Positions 1 through 11,660 of a stretch of 64,000 bases of DNA are shown here, in pieces. The notes under the pieces are model-generated. The model worked only from the letters and a program-made list of their open reading frames with translations. It made no database searches and was not told the DNA's origin. A program made the translations under genes and the position numbers. How positions within the stretch are numbered: position 1 is the stretch's first letter; every line of letters begins with the position of its first letter. Source of the stretch: Paraspadella gotoi. Taxonomy: Eukaryota; Animalia; Chaetognatha. The DNA is taken from NCBI GenBank assembly GCA_051294375.1, contig CM119271.1, positions 10,667,376-10,731,375 of the forward strand, in the 5' to 3' direction.

Positions 1-2278
1 GTCGTTTTGGTGCATGACGAAGAGAAAAAGGTATCACGCCTCGCTCACGTGGGAAATCAAAGACTTTAAAAGATGCGCCGCTAACAGGTTCGTGGGTACT
101 CTGGTCGTCCGGAGTTGTAGGGAATGACAGATTGTTTATATTCGCTCATTATATAAGTGAGAAAATTCCTTTCTCTTTCTTTCTCACTCTCTTCTTACCC
201 CCCGTTTCGTCCTTTCATCTTTTTCCATCTCCCACTATACTCAATATCGATTTCTTCTTTTCTTCTTTTCTCCGAAACCTGCAAATTCGGCTTCGCTTAA
301 CCCCATTTCCACCCCCCCCCGCCTCCCTCGGTCCCTCACCCGCCCCCCAATCCCAGAGACATTTTAAAAAAGCACCCCCATCGTGGCGGAGAACGACCCC
401 GAGAAGACGGAGTGGCACCTGAAGTGCTACCCCGGCGGGAAGAGATCCGAATTCTCCGACTACATCGGCCTCTACCTTCACTCGGAAACGCGGGACATTG
501 ACTTTTACTACGGAGACGTTGAGTTCTCCATCATCGACATCGACGGACAGAAGAGATTTTGCTACGAGTACAAGGATTACAATATCGCCGGTTCGCTCGC
601 CTTTTTTTTTTTAGTCACCTTATAAACTTAATTAAAGTCGATAATTTAAGTCTTTTAATGTCTCCATTAAGGCGAGAAAGCCATGGTCGGTCTCCATGAC
701 TACGTCAAGAGAAGCAAATTGCTGGAGGAAGAGGAGGTTTTGGTTCCCAACAACACGTTAACGCTTTTTTTCAAGCTGTCGCTTTGTTCGTCGCCCGAAT
801 CGGAAGGTTCATTGAACTCCGTGGATGATGTAATTGGTCGTTATTAGAAAAAAGTAACTCCTCCAATAATTGCTTCTTTTCAAATCCAGGTGGGCCCGAT
901 GCGCCTGAAACGTCCAAGCTTTTATCCTTGGAACATTTAAGCAACGACTTATCCGTGCTTTTAAAAAAGGAAGAACACACCTTTTCGGACGTGACTTTAA
1001 TGGTTGAAGGAAAGGTATGGAATTACTTTTCGATGCCAAATATGACCGATTTACTAATAAAAATTTACTAACGGTAAAAAATAAAACCCAGCGCTTCCAT
1101 GCCCATCGCAACATCCTCTCCGCACGAAGTTCCGTGTTTCGCGCGATGTTCGAGCACCCGTTGGAAGAGTCCGTCAACCGCCAGGTGGAAATAGCCGACG
1201 TCTCCTCCGAAACAATGTCCTTATTTATTTCCGCGCTCTACTCGGGTCGGTTGCCCGAATACTCCGCCGACGCCGCCGACGACGACGTTTTCCTCAGACT
1301 ACTCTCCGTCGCCGACAAATACAACGTGCCCTCGTTGAAGGAGGCCTGCGAAAAAAACCTCGCCCACGCCGTCGCCGCCGACAACGTCTGTCAAATCCTC
1401 GTCGTCGCCGATCTCCACGGATGCGAGGAACTCAAGCGGAAAGCCCTCGATTTCGTGGCCACGAACGGGAAGAGGGTGAGGGTAAAGGGGGGGGAAGTGT
1501 TACGGTTACGCTCATGCCTTCTCTCTCTGATCAATGGATGGTGTGATTCAATGGTGGTGCGAATTGAGGGGAAAATGTATCTGATTAGATGTTGTTACTT
1601 GGAAACCTTTTAAAAAACTGTCCCAGACGTTCAATGTTCAGCTTTATTAATGATCAAGGCTCTGTTATTTCAATGTTTAAGAAATTTGATCATTTAAGTC
1701 TCTTCGGATGCGTGGGTTCGAATGCCACCACATTTAAGTAGACAGGGATTTCAATATGAAACCAAAATGGGATTTTATTCTCAGAATATAAACAATAAAC
1801 AAGACGGTGTCAAATTCCAGGCAGAGTGAATCAATACAATTTTTGGTTCCAATTTATACAGTCCCATCGGATCGGAGTTAAGGGTAAATATTCTCGGCGG
1901 ATGGAAGCCCATCCGATCATTGGCCGGTGCCATTCGTCTCCTGGCCAATCAGAGGGTTCCATTCTACTTCCGGCGAATTTTACCCGAGTCTTTGATCCGA
2001 TTTCGTTTCTTGAGTTTGATTCCTCCGCGATGCGATCATAAGCTGACAAAATGTAGTGATGGAAATAAGTGAGTTGTAATGATTTTAACTCACCCCATCG
2101 ATCCCCCCCCCTAATCCAGATAATGAAGACGACGGAATGGCGGGAGATCGAAAAGAGTTACCCTTCCCTCCTCGCCGACGCCTTTCGCGCCATCGCCAAC
2201 AAATACATTCCGGATTCGACGGCGCCCGCCGACGCTCAACCCCCGCGGAAGAAGAGAAAACTCAAGTCCGCCTGGTGA
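1..2278 (+). CDS. SPOP-like MATH-BTB protein (Cullin-3 adaptor), 5' end outside window; about 6 exons
   Basis: Spliced reading SFWCMTKRKRYHASLTWEIKDF...EWHLKCYPGG...YIGLYL is a MATH domain. FHAHRNILSARSSVFRAMF...LLSVADKYNVPSLKEACE is a BTB domain. The last exon IMKTTEWREIEKSYPSLLADAF ends in an NLS-like PPRKKRKLK, as in SPOP. Confidence 0.88.
1691..1739 (+). pseudogene. tRNA-Leu-like 3' fragment (variable arm + T-arm) in a SPOP intron, flanked by the 9-bp direct repeat CATTTAAGT
   Basis: AGTCTCTTCGGATGCGTGGGTTCGAATGCCACCA closely resembles the eukaryotic tRNA-Leu 3' half (AGTCTCTTCGGAGGCGTGGGTTCGAATCCCACC). CATTTAAGT occurs at 1691-1699 and 1731-1739. Confidence 0.6.
1866..2002. mobile_element. 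Degenerate fold-back (MITE-like) element in a SPOP intron
   Basis: The left arm ATCGGATC..GGGTAAA..ATGGAA..ATTGGCC is an imperfect reverse complement of the right arm GGCCAAT..TTCCAT..TTTACCC..GATCCGAT. Confidence 0.55.
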
Positions 2279-2854
2279 ATCGCGGCGGCGCCTCGGGAGA
2301 GCCGAGCCGTGCCGCTCCGACTCTCACGGAATGAGGTTTTTTTTAGTTTCTAGTTTGTTGAGTCGAACCAGTTTATTGTATAATTTTATAGTTTCGTCCG
2401 TCGCGTTCGGTTTTTTTTTTCGCGAATATTACGTAGGATTGAAGATCGATTTTTTTTTTTTCAGAGATTTCTCGATGGGGTTTAGTTTTCATTGCGCAAA
2501 GCCTATTTATAATAGGGGCCGGAGCATTTTTAGATTCGAGTGGGGAGGTATTCATTAGACGTAATGAACATTTCCAAAAATAATTACAATCACACTGAGC
2601 CCAAAATATCTCGCATATCTTGGCGCACAATTAAAAGCGATTGAATTATTCTGCCTATTTTTATGCTCTATTTTTTAATAAATCAGCCTGGCTGAACATT
2701 TGGAAACCAGGCAATTCAATTGTTTAGAAAGAAAATAATGTATTTAATATTATAATTTTAGAAAGTATATTATGTATATACTCTCTTTTCGTTGTTTTTG
2801 AAGTATTAGGAGAAAAACAATTTTGGTTTGACAACGATTTTTTTGACATAATTA

Positions 2855-2895
2855 GCCAGACATGTTTCGGCTCATTCAGTTAGAGCCTTCATCAG
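2855..2895 (-). ncRNA. Minimal (Penelope-type) hammerhead ribozyme core, stem I disrupted
   Basis: Minus strand reads CTGATGA-A-GGCTC-taactgaat-GAGCC-GAAA-CATGTC: conserved core boxes, a 5-bp stem II, palindromic stem III (ACATGT) and a GUC cleavage triplet. Confidence 0.75.
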
Positions 2896-3142
2896 AAAGT
2901 ATATTATAAATAAACATTGTATTTAAAATTTATGTTATTTATACACATATATATATATATAATTTTTATATTATTAGAAGGTGAGATTCTGGTGAAAGTT
3001 ATTTGAGACTTCACACCCGCGGATACGAATATTGTTGTTTTGCCTTTAACAAAATGTATTGATATTATTTGTAGGAAAAGTAGATATTTAATATTTAAAA
3101 TGTTTATTTACTTATTTAAATAAATTATTTAGAGATTAGGAT

Positions 3143-3382
3143 AGTGTCTTTTCATAAAATCGAAACATTCTTTGAAATATTATACCACTTCATTGATAGG
3201 GAGCCAGGTTCTCGGGGATTGAGTAAACGATACTGTGAGAAAGTCTTGATTGAAAACTTGCAGGGACCTGCTATGCCATTATCTTGTAAGAATGAGGCCT
3301 TAAACCACCAAAGCCTGTGCAAAGTCAGGGACAAGATAGCTTATTTATTGAATAAATAGATAATTTTTATATTGGTTGTACC
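3143..3382 (+). repeat. Interspersed repeat, copy 1 (homologous to 15161-15405)
   Basis: Near-identical stretches TTCTTTGAAATATTATACCACTTCATTGATAGGG...CTTGATTGAAAACTTGCAGGGACCTGCTATG...GATAATTTTTATATTGGTTGTACC occur at both loci. Confidence 0.9.
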
Positions 3383-6300
3383 TATTAAGTACAGTAAGTG
3401 TAGCCTCAGCTAAAAACTATCTATCTCCATGAAGCCCATGTTCATAACGAATTGATGTTTATTGTAGTATGATGTGTTGTTAAAACCTTCAAAGGCATAA
3501 ATGGTAAGTTCATGTCAAACAATAATAGTTCATTGCAAAGTAGTAACATACTAAGTAGGCTCCATCCGGGGAGTGTAGAAAAACCGATGTTCACTTGTCG
3601 TTCATCTCTCGTCAGCTGGCGATCCCTGGCGTTCACTTAGACTGTACTGACAAATTCTACTCCGTAGTAACGTATTCGACAAAAGATCAGTGTTTATACG
3701 TCGACGCCAAGTATCGCACGCGTACGATCTCTCTTTACACTCCCACCTGTACGTGCTAACGGACAATACAATACAATACTAGAGAGATCGTACACACCGC
3801 TGGACTTCGCCCTGAGGCAGTAGACTTTGCGGCTGCAACTGAGTTCATTCACCACTCCCTTGAAGAGTCACAGGCCCCTCTTGACGATCCCATTGAGGCA
3901 CCCCACTCTGGCGTGAGATCTGCGTCACCCAACTCCCACCACTGGCGCCCTTGTTGACCGTCACCCGGCGTTTCTCAGCATCACCTCCTTGAAGATGACC
4001 GACCGACTTCCCGGCGTCGACGTCAAGCAGCGCCAGTTGACCGACTTAATGATGACCGAGATAGCCGCCGCCGGCGTCGCCTCCCTGACGACGCCTCAAA
4101 CGGCGACTCTGCCTCTTTAGTCCTCTAGCAGTGAATTTTAAACTATTCCGGAGTTTTCTTTTCACTCCAGAATATTTTTGACTCACATCTTTATCCTCTA
4201 GAATGTGAGTTCCAACAAAAAATTTTAGTTTCCCCCTCCAACTTTGTCGGCTGCTCCAGTGCAGTAAGTTAAGGGAGTTCTCCTTGCGTATGAACGTGTC
4301 CTCCTAGACACTTCCTCGTCTTTCTTCGTCTCTTAAGAAGAGCATCATAAACTAAATATTGGCATTTTTTATCAATATTAGAATATTGAGTGTGTGACCA
4401 AGGTAGCCAGATTTGTAAAAAAATGACGTCATAAATCTTTATTTTCATTTCTTTAATCTTGTAGCCCAGCAATGTTTATTCGTCAAACACATGAATTTTT
4501 CTCTTTATCCTTACATTTTACTAAAAGGAGATGTGATCAAACCATAGTGACGAGTTTGTGATAATTCGTTGAACCAAACCGTAGTGTCATGAACTATAAT
4601 TTCATACAGATACTACATACTCATCAATATTCAAAAAACGTCCTTATTCTGAATCGAGAGAAACAGGCAAACCTTATATCTTTAAATGGCAGATTGAAGC
4701 GCATTTGTAGGTGCTCATAAGGCCAGCCCCGGAAGAATTCTCAAGTGAGCGGCATAGTAAACTATGAAAAGCAGCCTTAATGATTGGATCTCCAATAAGA
4801 GAAAGCAAGGGCCAGTTAATACAATCCAGGCATTCCTACACTTTGGCTCAAAATATTTAACATAATTATAAGACTGACACATGTTGTAAAGAAACTTTTG
4901 AATTCATTCGTCATCTGATTTATTCATACATTCATTCTTTCTGTCATTTATTCGTTCATAAGATTTGTCCTCTTACCCAAAAATAGGTAAGAATAAGTAT
5001 AAAAGCTTTAAAGAAATTAATATGAATTATTATTAACATAAACATATCAAAAGAGAATAAATCATCATAAAATTGTAATCGTAAAAGTTAATCTCTTACG
5101 TTTTAAGGTACATGATTTTAGTGGTATAGGGTAAATTCTTGGACATTCTGATCTGTCTTATTTTTTTCAACTTTTGTTGTCATGGAGGCAGGTAATTTAA
5201 AAACTATCCTCAGAATTTTATCTTATCATCAAGTTAATATCATTCACACTTTGAGTCAACCCTCATAAGAAATGTGAAATTGTCTAAATTGATATCTCAA
5301 GTAAAAATTTCATAAGAAAATTTGTTGTCATTTTTTTAAGAATTTTTTTTTTTTTTTAAGAACTTGAACTTTTTTTTGTGATACAATAAGGAGGGAAAAA
5401 ACAACTGATTTGTATTCACCTAAAAAAACATTTTAAGTGATATTTATTTTTAATCGTTATTTCATGTTGAGAAAAGGAAATAATTGAATTATTTTTCTTA
5501 TTTAAAAACTATTATCATCCATTTGAAACTATGGGACAAACCATATATTGTAGGTCTATGATTAGCTGATTCCTATCAATGGTTCAATGAAAGGCAAAGA
5601 CAAGAGGATTAAACGACTTCTGTTGTTTTTTTCTCTTGACATTAAAGAATCCAAAAAGGGTGTTATATTATTATAATGATAGTTTTAGGCGCTGAAGAAA
5701 CATTAAAAAAAACCTTTTCTAATAGTATCATAAACAATCTTTTTTCCGGCTATGCAAGTTGGAAACAGATACGCATCCAAACACTTAGTCCCGTCAGTCC
5801 CGCAGCCATAACTCAATATTTTTAAAATATATATTGTGAGATTTGCCGACTTTTTCTCATGCTAGTGAGGACGAGCGTTTTGAGATTCACCCGCCAAGGA
5901 AAACTTTTATTTGTAGAATGTTTAGTATTTATTAGCTGAAAATCCCTCGGAAACTCATAAAAACGAGGTTTCTCCGGGTGAAATACATTTTGTGAGTTTA
6001 CAATTTAAATCCATTTACCTCGTTAAACTCACTCAGATATCAAGGTTAAAAGTAAAGTTAAAATAAGAGCCAAAAAATGGACCGGTTTTAAATTGACTGA
6101 GAAAGAGAGAAACGAGGCAATATATCTTTCACATATATGAAATTGGTACAACCAATTATATAATTTATATTATTTTATTATTTTATATTATTTATATATG
6201 GTGAAATCTAATCCAGTAACATTATTTAATGTTTTTATTATATATTACATGTAGATACTAAATTTTGATACTGAAATACAATAAAGTTGTATTGATATTA

Positions 6301-6646
6301 ATAAACAATCGTTTACCGTTATAAATATATATAAAATATTTTAATATTTTAAAACCGTTTTCGATAAAAAAATTTGACCTCATTTGCATATTATAGTTAC
6401 GTAATTCGAGTGACGCCAGGACATGTGAGATTTTTGTTGGCTGTTTTAAGTTTAAATATCTCGTAATTACGCCACTACATGAATTAAAAACCTCCCCATA
6501 GGCATAACGGCACTAAAGCATATTTTTATAGAGATTGCTCCTCCCCCTATTTATAAATAAGGAAATTAAATCCGAAACTTTTTACTGATATTCTTTCAAA
6601 AGAATGAAATTTAGGTGCAATTTAATCTTCTATTAGTTTGTAAATA

Positions 6647-6835
6647 ACACGCGAGGGTTCGGACAAGAGTTGTATTGGGACTGGGGGAGGCTTATAGTTC
6701 TGTGGCGGTTACAGTTCTGCCACCCTTTGGTCTGTTTTGTTCAGGCCCTTTTTGCTTTGAGAAATCCCGGGTATAACGCTGACCGGGCGACTCTCCAATA
6801 CCCTACGATTGCAGCAACTCCCTTGCGTGTTTTTT
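6647..6835 (+). ncRNA. Unclassified multi-stem structured RNA candidate followed by a T-tract
   Basis: Nested pairings ACACGCGAGGG/CCCTTGCGTGT, GAGTTG/CAACTC and GTATTGG/CCAATAC, plus hairpins GTGGCGG/CTGCCAC, GGTCTG/CAGGCC and CCCGG/CCGGG. G-U wobbles favour the + strand. Confidence 0.5.
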
Positions 6836-7053
6836 ATAAGATAAATTTTAATCTTTCTCTTACCTAGTTCTTTGGTACTTGATGCGCATGGCGCCCTGGC
6901 TCGGAATTCAGAACTTAAAATTTTTATATTCCATTACTTGTCCTTAATCGCTTTCCCTGTGATATTATTTATTTATTACCTGGATACATTGAAGCTCGAC
7001 AGTCAGAAAGTTTCAAATCCGGTTTCATTTGTATCAACATTTGACGTTTTTAG

Positions 7054-10000
7054 ATGAGCGCCGTTTCAGCGGCGGACGAAGCGGCGCCGGCGCCGCCGAG
7101 CGCCGATTCTTTGGAATCCAATTCCGTTTTTTCCCCGAAAACTCTAAAAATGGAAGCGGAGGAGGAAGAGCGACAGAGCGAATCGGATGGAGCTTGCCGA
7201 AATCAAAACATGAAAACTAAAAAAGTCGCCTCCATTTTCCCGCCTCCGCCGCCATCGACTACGACCTCGGACGCTTTGGAACGCCGCGTCGTCGTCGAGG
7301 ACGTTCTGCCGCCGCCGCCGCCGCTCGAAACTCCGTTGCCGCCGATTCCCCCGCCCCTGGCGGCGTCCCTTCCCGCTTCCTCGGATCCATTTCCTCCTTT
7401 CCCCGACTTGGTCCGATCCTCCGCCGTGGGCCTAGTCCCGGCGCCGCCGCCCCTGGCACCGCAGCCGATGGCGCCGCAGCCGATGGATGATGACGTAGCG
7501 GCGGCATCGCTTTCGGCGACAGAGGAAGATCTCGGTCTCTTGCGGCGTCATCGCCATCCGTTGAGAGTCACGCCGGATTTGATCGCGTCATATCGCTCCA
7601 CCGAGGAATTGGTCGAGGACATGGAAGACGAAATGGACCGCGCACTCGAGCGCGAGATGCACCGCAACTACGCGCGGCTGCGGCAAATCGCCGAGGAGCG
7701 CGCGCGGCGTCAGCGGCTGCGTCGCAGTCGACTAATGTCTGCCGTTCCGCCAGCCCCCGTTAATTTTGCGTCGAGCGCTTCCGCTCTGCCGCTGGACGAG
7801 TTTCCACTGGGTAGGTCACGTGTTTTTGTTTGTATTGATATTAAATGATTATTGAATATTTAATAATTATTAATTTTGTCTTAAACGTTACAAATGTCTA
7901 TGGGAGAATTGATGTTCAGATTATCCACTGAAATATTCGAAAACATAAATTGATAAGCGGACGAATAAAAACTAAACTAAATTAAATTAAATTAAATAAA
8001 ACATTCTGGGCGAAAATTTATCTCGAGCTTTAATTCGTAGTTATTTTTCTTCTCCTGTAGAATATGAACATATGAACAATTGAACATTCGTTGTTAAAAT
8101 AATAATCATATTAATTATTGATATTGATGGCCTAATATTTGTTCTTATTTGTGTTTCCGTTATCCACCCTCCATGTCTCCTTCCCGAAGAGCCGTGGAGG
8201 TTCGACGAGGAACGTCGGTCCTGTCGCCCGAAGCGTCCCGCCGATTCCTCGCTGGAATTTCGCGAGGCCAAGCACCGCCCTTCCGCCGAGACCTCGAGAT
8301 GGCGTCGCCCCTCTCGCCGTCTCCCCTTTCACCATCGCCAGATGCCTCCCTTGGAGATCAACTTCTACGACGACGACTCCTCGGACGACGAGATGGAGGA
8401 GAGCGGCGCCGAGTCGACGAGGGAGTTGAGCTCGCCCCCTTCATCTCCTCGTCGACGCGAGAACGTCCCGGGAGTCGGGAAGGGAAAGGGGAAGATGTTG
8501 AAGAGGAGCGATTCCGTCAACGAATCCAGATCGAAGGCGAAGAATCAAAATCGGGAAGATCAGGATGGATCCGCCGCGTCTTCTTCCGCGTCTGGGTCTA
8601 AAACGGCGGCGGCGTCATCTTCGGCGACGTCGTCTTCGAGTCACGCCCACATCTTCAGCCCCGTCAGCGTCGTCGAAGCGACGAGCATCGCGGAAAATTC
8701 CTCCGTCAACAGCCCCGTCGCCGAGCGATCCTCGGAACTCAACGTCGACCCGGGAGAACTTTATCCCGACCTGGCGATCGACACCAGCGAGGACGAAGAC
8801 GACGACGACTTGGAGGTCGTGGAGATCGGACGCTCGGAGCAGCAGAGCCGAGAGGAGGCCTCTTCGGAAGCCGAGGTGGTGGCGATCCCCGACGGCGACC
8901 GGTCGCGACCGATTCACCTCGTTGATCTAACAGAATCGGACGACGAGAATTCTTGCAGACGAACTACCGCCGTCGCTTGCAAATCACGGAGCGGCGGAGA
9001 CTCACAAAGCGCCGCCGCTTTCCCAACCGTCAAATTGGACGACGTGGTACTGATTGGAGACGCGTCACAATCATCGTCGGAGCATTCTTCAGAGACGCGG
9101 ACCGACGAATCCGAGCGCGCGATTAATAGAGACGCGCGCGATGGTGCGCGTTCTAATCATTCGGCCGCCGGTTCCAGCTCCGGCGTTCAAGAGTCCGGTA
9201 ACCGACGTCACGGCTCTCATCATCGCGGCACTTTAAGGGAACGGACCACATTGTCGGAAATGGTCGAGCCGTTCGTCTTCGAACAGACCCTGGAAGAGGA
9301 GGAAGAAGAAATGGCGGAGGGACCCTGCCCTGGTCACCAGGCCCCGGCGGCGATCATCTCTGCCCACGAATCCCCGCAAATCCATTCTCGTCACGAGTCC
9401 GTTCCCGCTCCTCGGGATTCGCCCTCCACGGGATGTCCGCGTTGTCTCTGGACCGAAAGGGGACTCCGCGTTCGCCGCTGCTCTTCCTGCTCGCGGCCCG
9501 CGCCCGACCCGGCGCCCGACGGATCCGCGGTTTTTCGACGTTCGCGTTCGCCTACGCCGCCGCGCTACTGCTCGCCCCCTTGCCTGCTGCTCCGCGGTTC
9601 CGCCGAGGGGCGCTCGGTACGCCGCTCCCGTTCTCATTACAACCCGACGTTCTGCTCTTCTTCCCGCGGTGGCCTCAGACGTGTTGAGCTGACCGGCGCG
9701 GTGAGCGAAGACGCCGTTTCCGCCCCTGAAGAATCTGCGGCGGAGAGACAGCAGCCGCTACAGCAAGTGGAAGGGCGAGAAACGAAGCATTCCAGGGAGC
9801 GAGAGAGAGACGGCGCGGCGACGTCGGCATCGGCGGAAAGGCAGGAGAGCCCCGCCGATCCGGTCCCGTCGCGATTCTGGGAACCGAGCGGCCGCGAATC
9901 CCCGCGAAGGAACCTTCTTCCGCAACAGCCCCTTTCCTCCGCGAGATCCAGTCTCAGTTCTTCCGTCTCGGATTTTTATCCGCGCGACGATTTTCACGGG

Positions 10001-11284
10001 TCGCCCTACTCGAGCTCCCACGTTCATCGCATGATGAACGTTCCTCAATATTCGCACTCTCGAAGAACGCTGCCCCTACATCACCAGCGGCTGTTGGATC
10101 AACATCAGAGCCAACAAGAGCGTCATCGTCGAGCTTATGATCAACACATTATGTCGTTTCGCAGGCAGCACGAGTCGGCGATGATGCAACAATACAGCTT
10201 CGGGACGCCGGGTCCGGTTCCTCCGCTTCCTTCCTCGTCGGCGCTGGAGTCGAACGTCTCGAGCGCGTCGGCCTCCACGCCGTCCAACGCCGCCCCTTCC
10301 GACTCTAGGATCGTCCGCAACCTCGTCGATTCCTGGGCAACGAGGAGTCATTTAATCAATCAGCATTTTCGTATTCGACAAGCGGCAGCGGCTGCGGCAG
10401 CCGCCGCCGCGGAGAGCGCCGCCGCTTACAGCTTGGATCTGAGGTCTTCCCCGACCTCGCTTTCGTTAAACTCATCTTCGTTTCCGTCGTCCCAGACGCA
10501 GCACCGACCGGAACCCCCTCTCCCCGCCGCTCCGACGACGGCCGAGACGGGGCTCCAGAATCCCCCGCCCTTTTCGTCCGCCCAAGTGGGGCCTTACGTG
10601 ACTTACCCCAACGTCCTCGCGGAAACCTCTGGCGCCATTTTCGCGCCTCCCTTCGGTCGACCAGTGCTCCACCCGCCGCCCCAAAGCGTCAACGGTTCCG
10701 CGGGCGTCCATCAGTTTCTCTCGGCGCCGACGGGCGTCGCCAACGCCGGCCAATTCCCGCCGGCCATGGAACGACCCTACGCCGGCCATCACCCCGAGAG
10801 GGCGTTGCACCTTCGCTTTCACCCCAACCGGATGTGGCACGGCAACATCATCGCTTCCTACGAGGAGCTCCTCAACCTGGAAGAGAGGATGGGCATCGTC
10901 AATCGGGGTGCTTCGCGCGAGACGATCGAACGCAATACTTTTCCTCACAAATACAAGAGGCTGAAAAAAAAGGGGGCGCTCGCGGAAAAAACCGAGGGCG
11001 TCGGAAACGGCGGCGGCGAAGGAGAAGGATCGAGTCGAAAAGACGACGACGTCGACACGAAGCTGACGTCCGCGGGGGAGGAAAACGACAAGGACGACTC
11101 CGTCGACAAATGCACGATTTGTTTGTCGGATTTCGAGGAGGAAGAGGACGTTCGTCGATTGCCTTGCATGCACTTGTTCCACGTGGATTGCGTGGACCAG
11201 TGGTTGAAGACCAACAAGTGCTGCCCCATATGCAGGGTGGACATCGAGGCTCATAGCTCCATTCATTACTTCAGTTCCAAGTGA
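7054..11284 (+). CDS. RNF111: Arkadia-family RING-H2 E3 ligase (RNF111/RNF165-like); one intron at about 7811-8189
   Basis: C-terminal [34 protein letters not shown] (NRG/TIER motifs) and RING-H2 [32 protein letters not shown]...[12 protein letters not shown]-like motifs LEVVEI, EVVAI and [10 protein letters not shown]. Splicing 7810 to 8190 keeps the frame. Confidence 0.82.
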
Positions 11285-11660
11285 CCCGTTGTTGTTGGTG
11301 GGGAGGGATGAATTTGATTGTACGAAAACGCTTAATGGGTTTCCAGTTTAATACTTTCTCGTAGTTAAAACTTTTTTGTTCCTTTACTTTTGTTTGCTTG
11401 GTTTCCTTTCTTGGAAACGTTTGGGAACAACAGAGGGAGAAATCGTTTAACTTGAAAAAAAAAAGAAGCTAATAGTGGTTGAATTAGGGGGAAAATATTT
11501 CTTTCCTGTCGCAGCTTGAGCAATACGAAATTATGAATTATTAGCGTTTTCTTATTTAAACCAAAACAAAGATTGTACATATAACCGTTTACTTCCAGAA
11601 CCGGTTATCGATTAATGGATTTTACAAAAATGAAACGGTAAAAAAAAAGGAAAAAATACA

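Noticed and set aside
1017-1613. Stand-alone 198-aa BTB ORF as listed in the ORF track
   Set aside because: Its ends run into introns; it is one exon (about 1092-1475) of the spliced MATH-BTB gene.
6735-6760. U11 snRNA 5' end (AAAAAGGGC on the minus strand)
   Set aside because: Only 9 nt match, there is no Sm site at the expected distance, and the wobble pairs favour the opposite strand.
10472-11266. Long minus-strand and alternative-frame ORFs (e.g. 10472-11266, 12024-12722, 27236-28201, 57373-58278)
   Set aside because: They are shadows of GC-rich + strand exons with recognisable proteins and carry no domains of their own.
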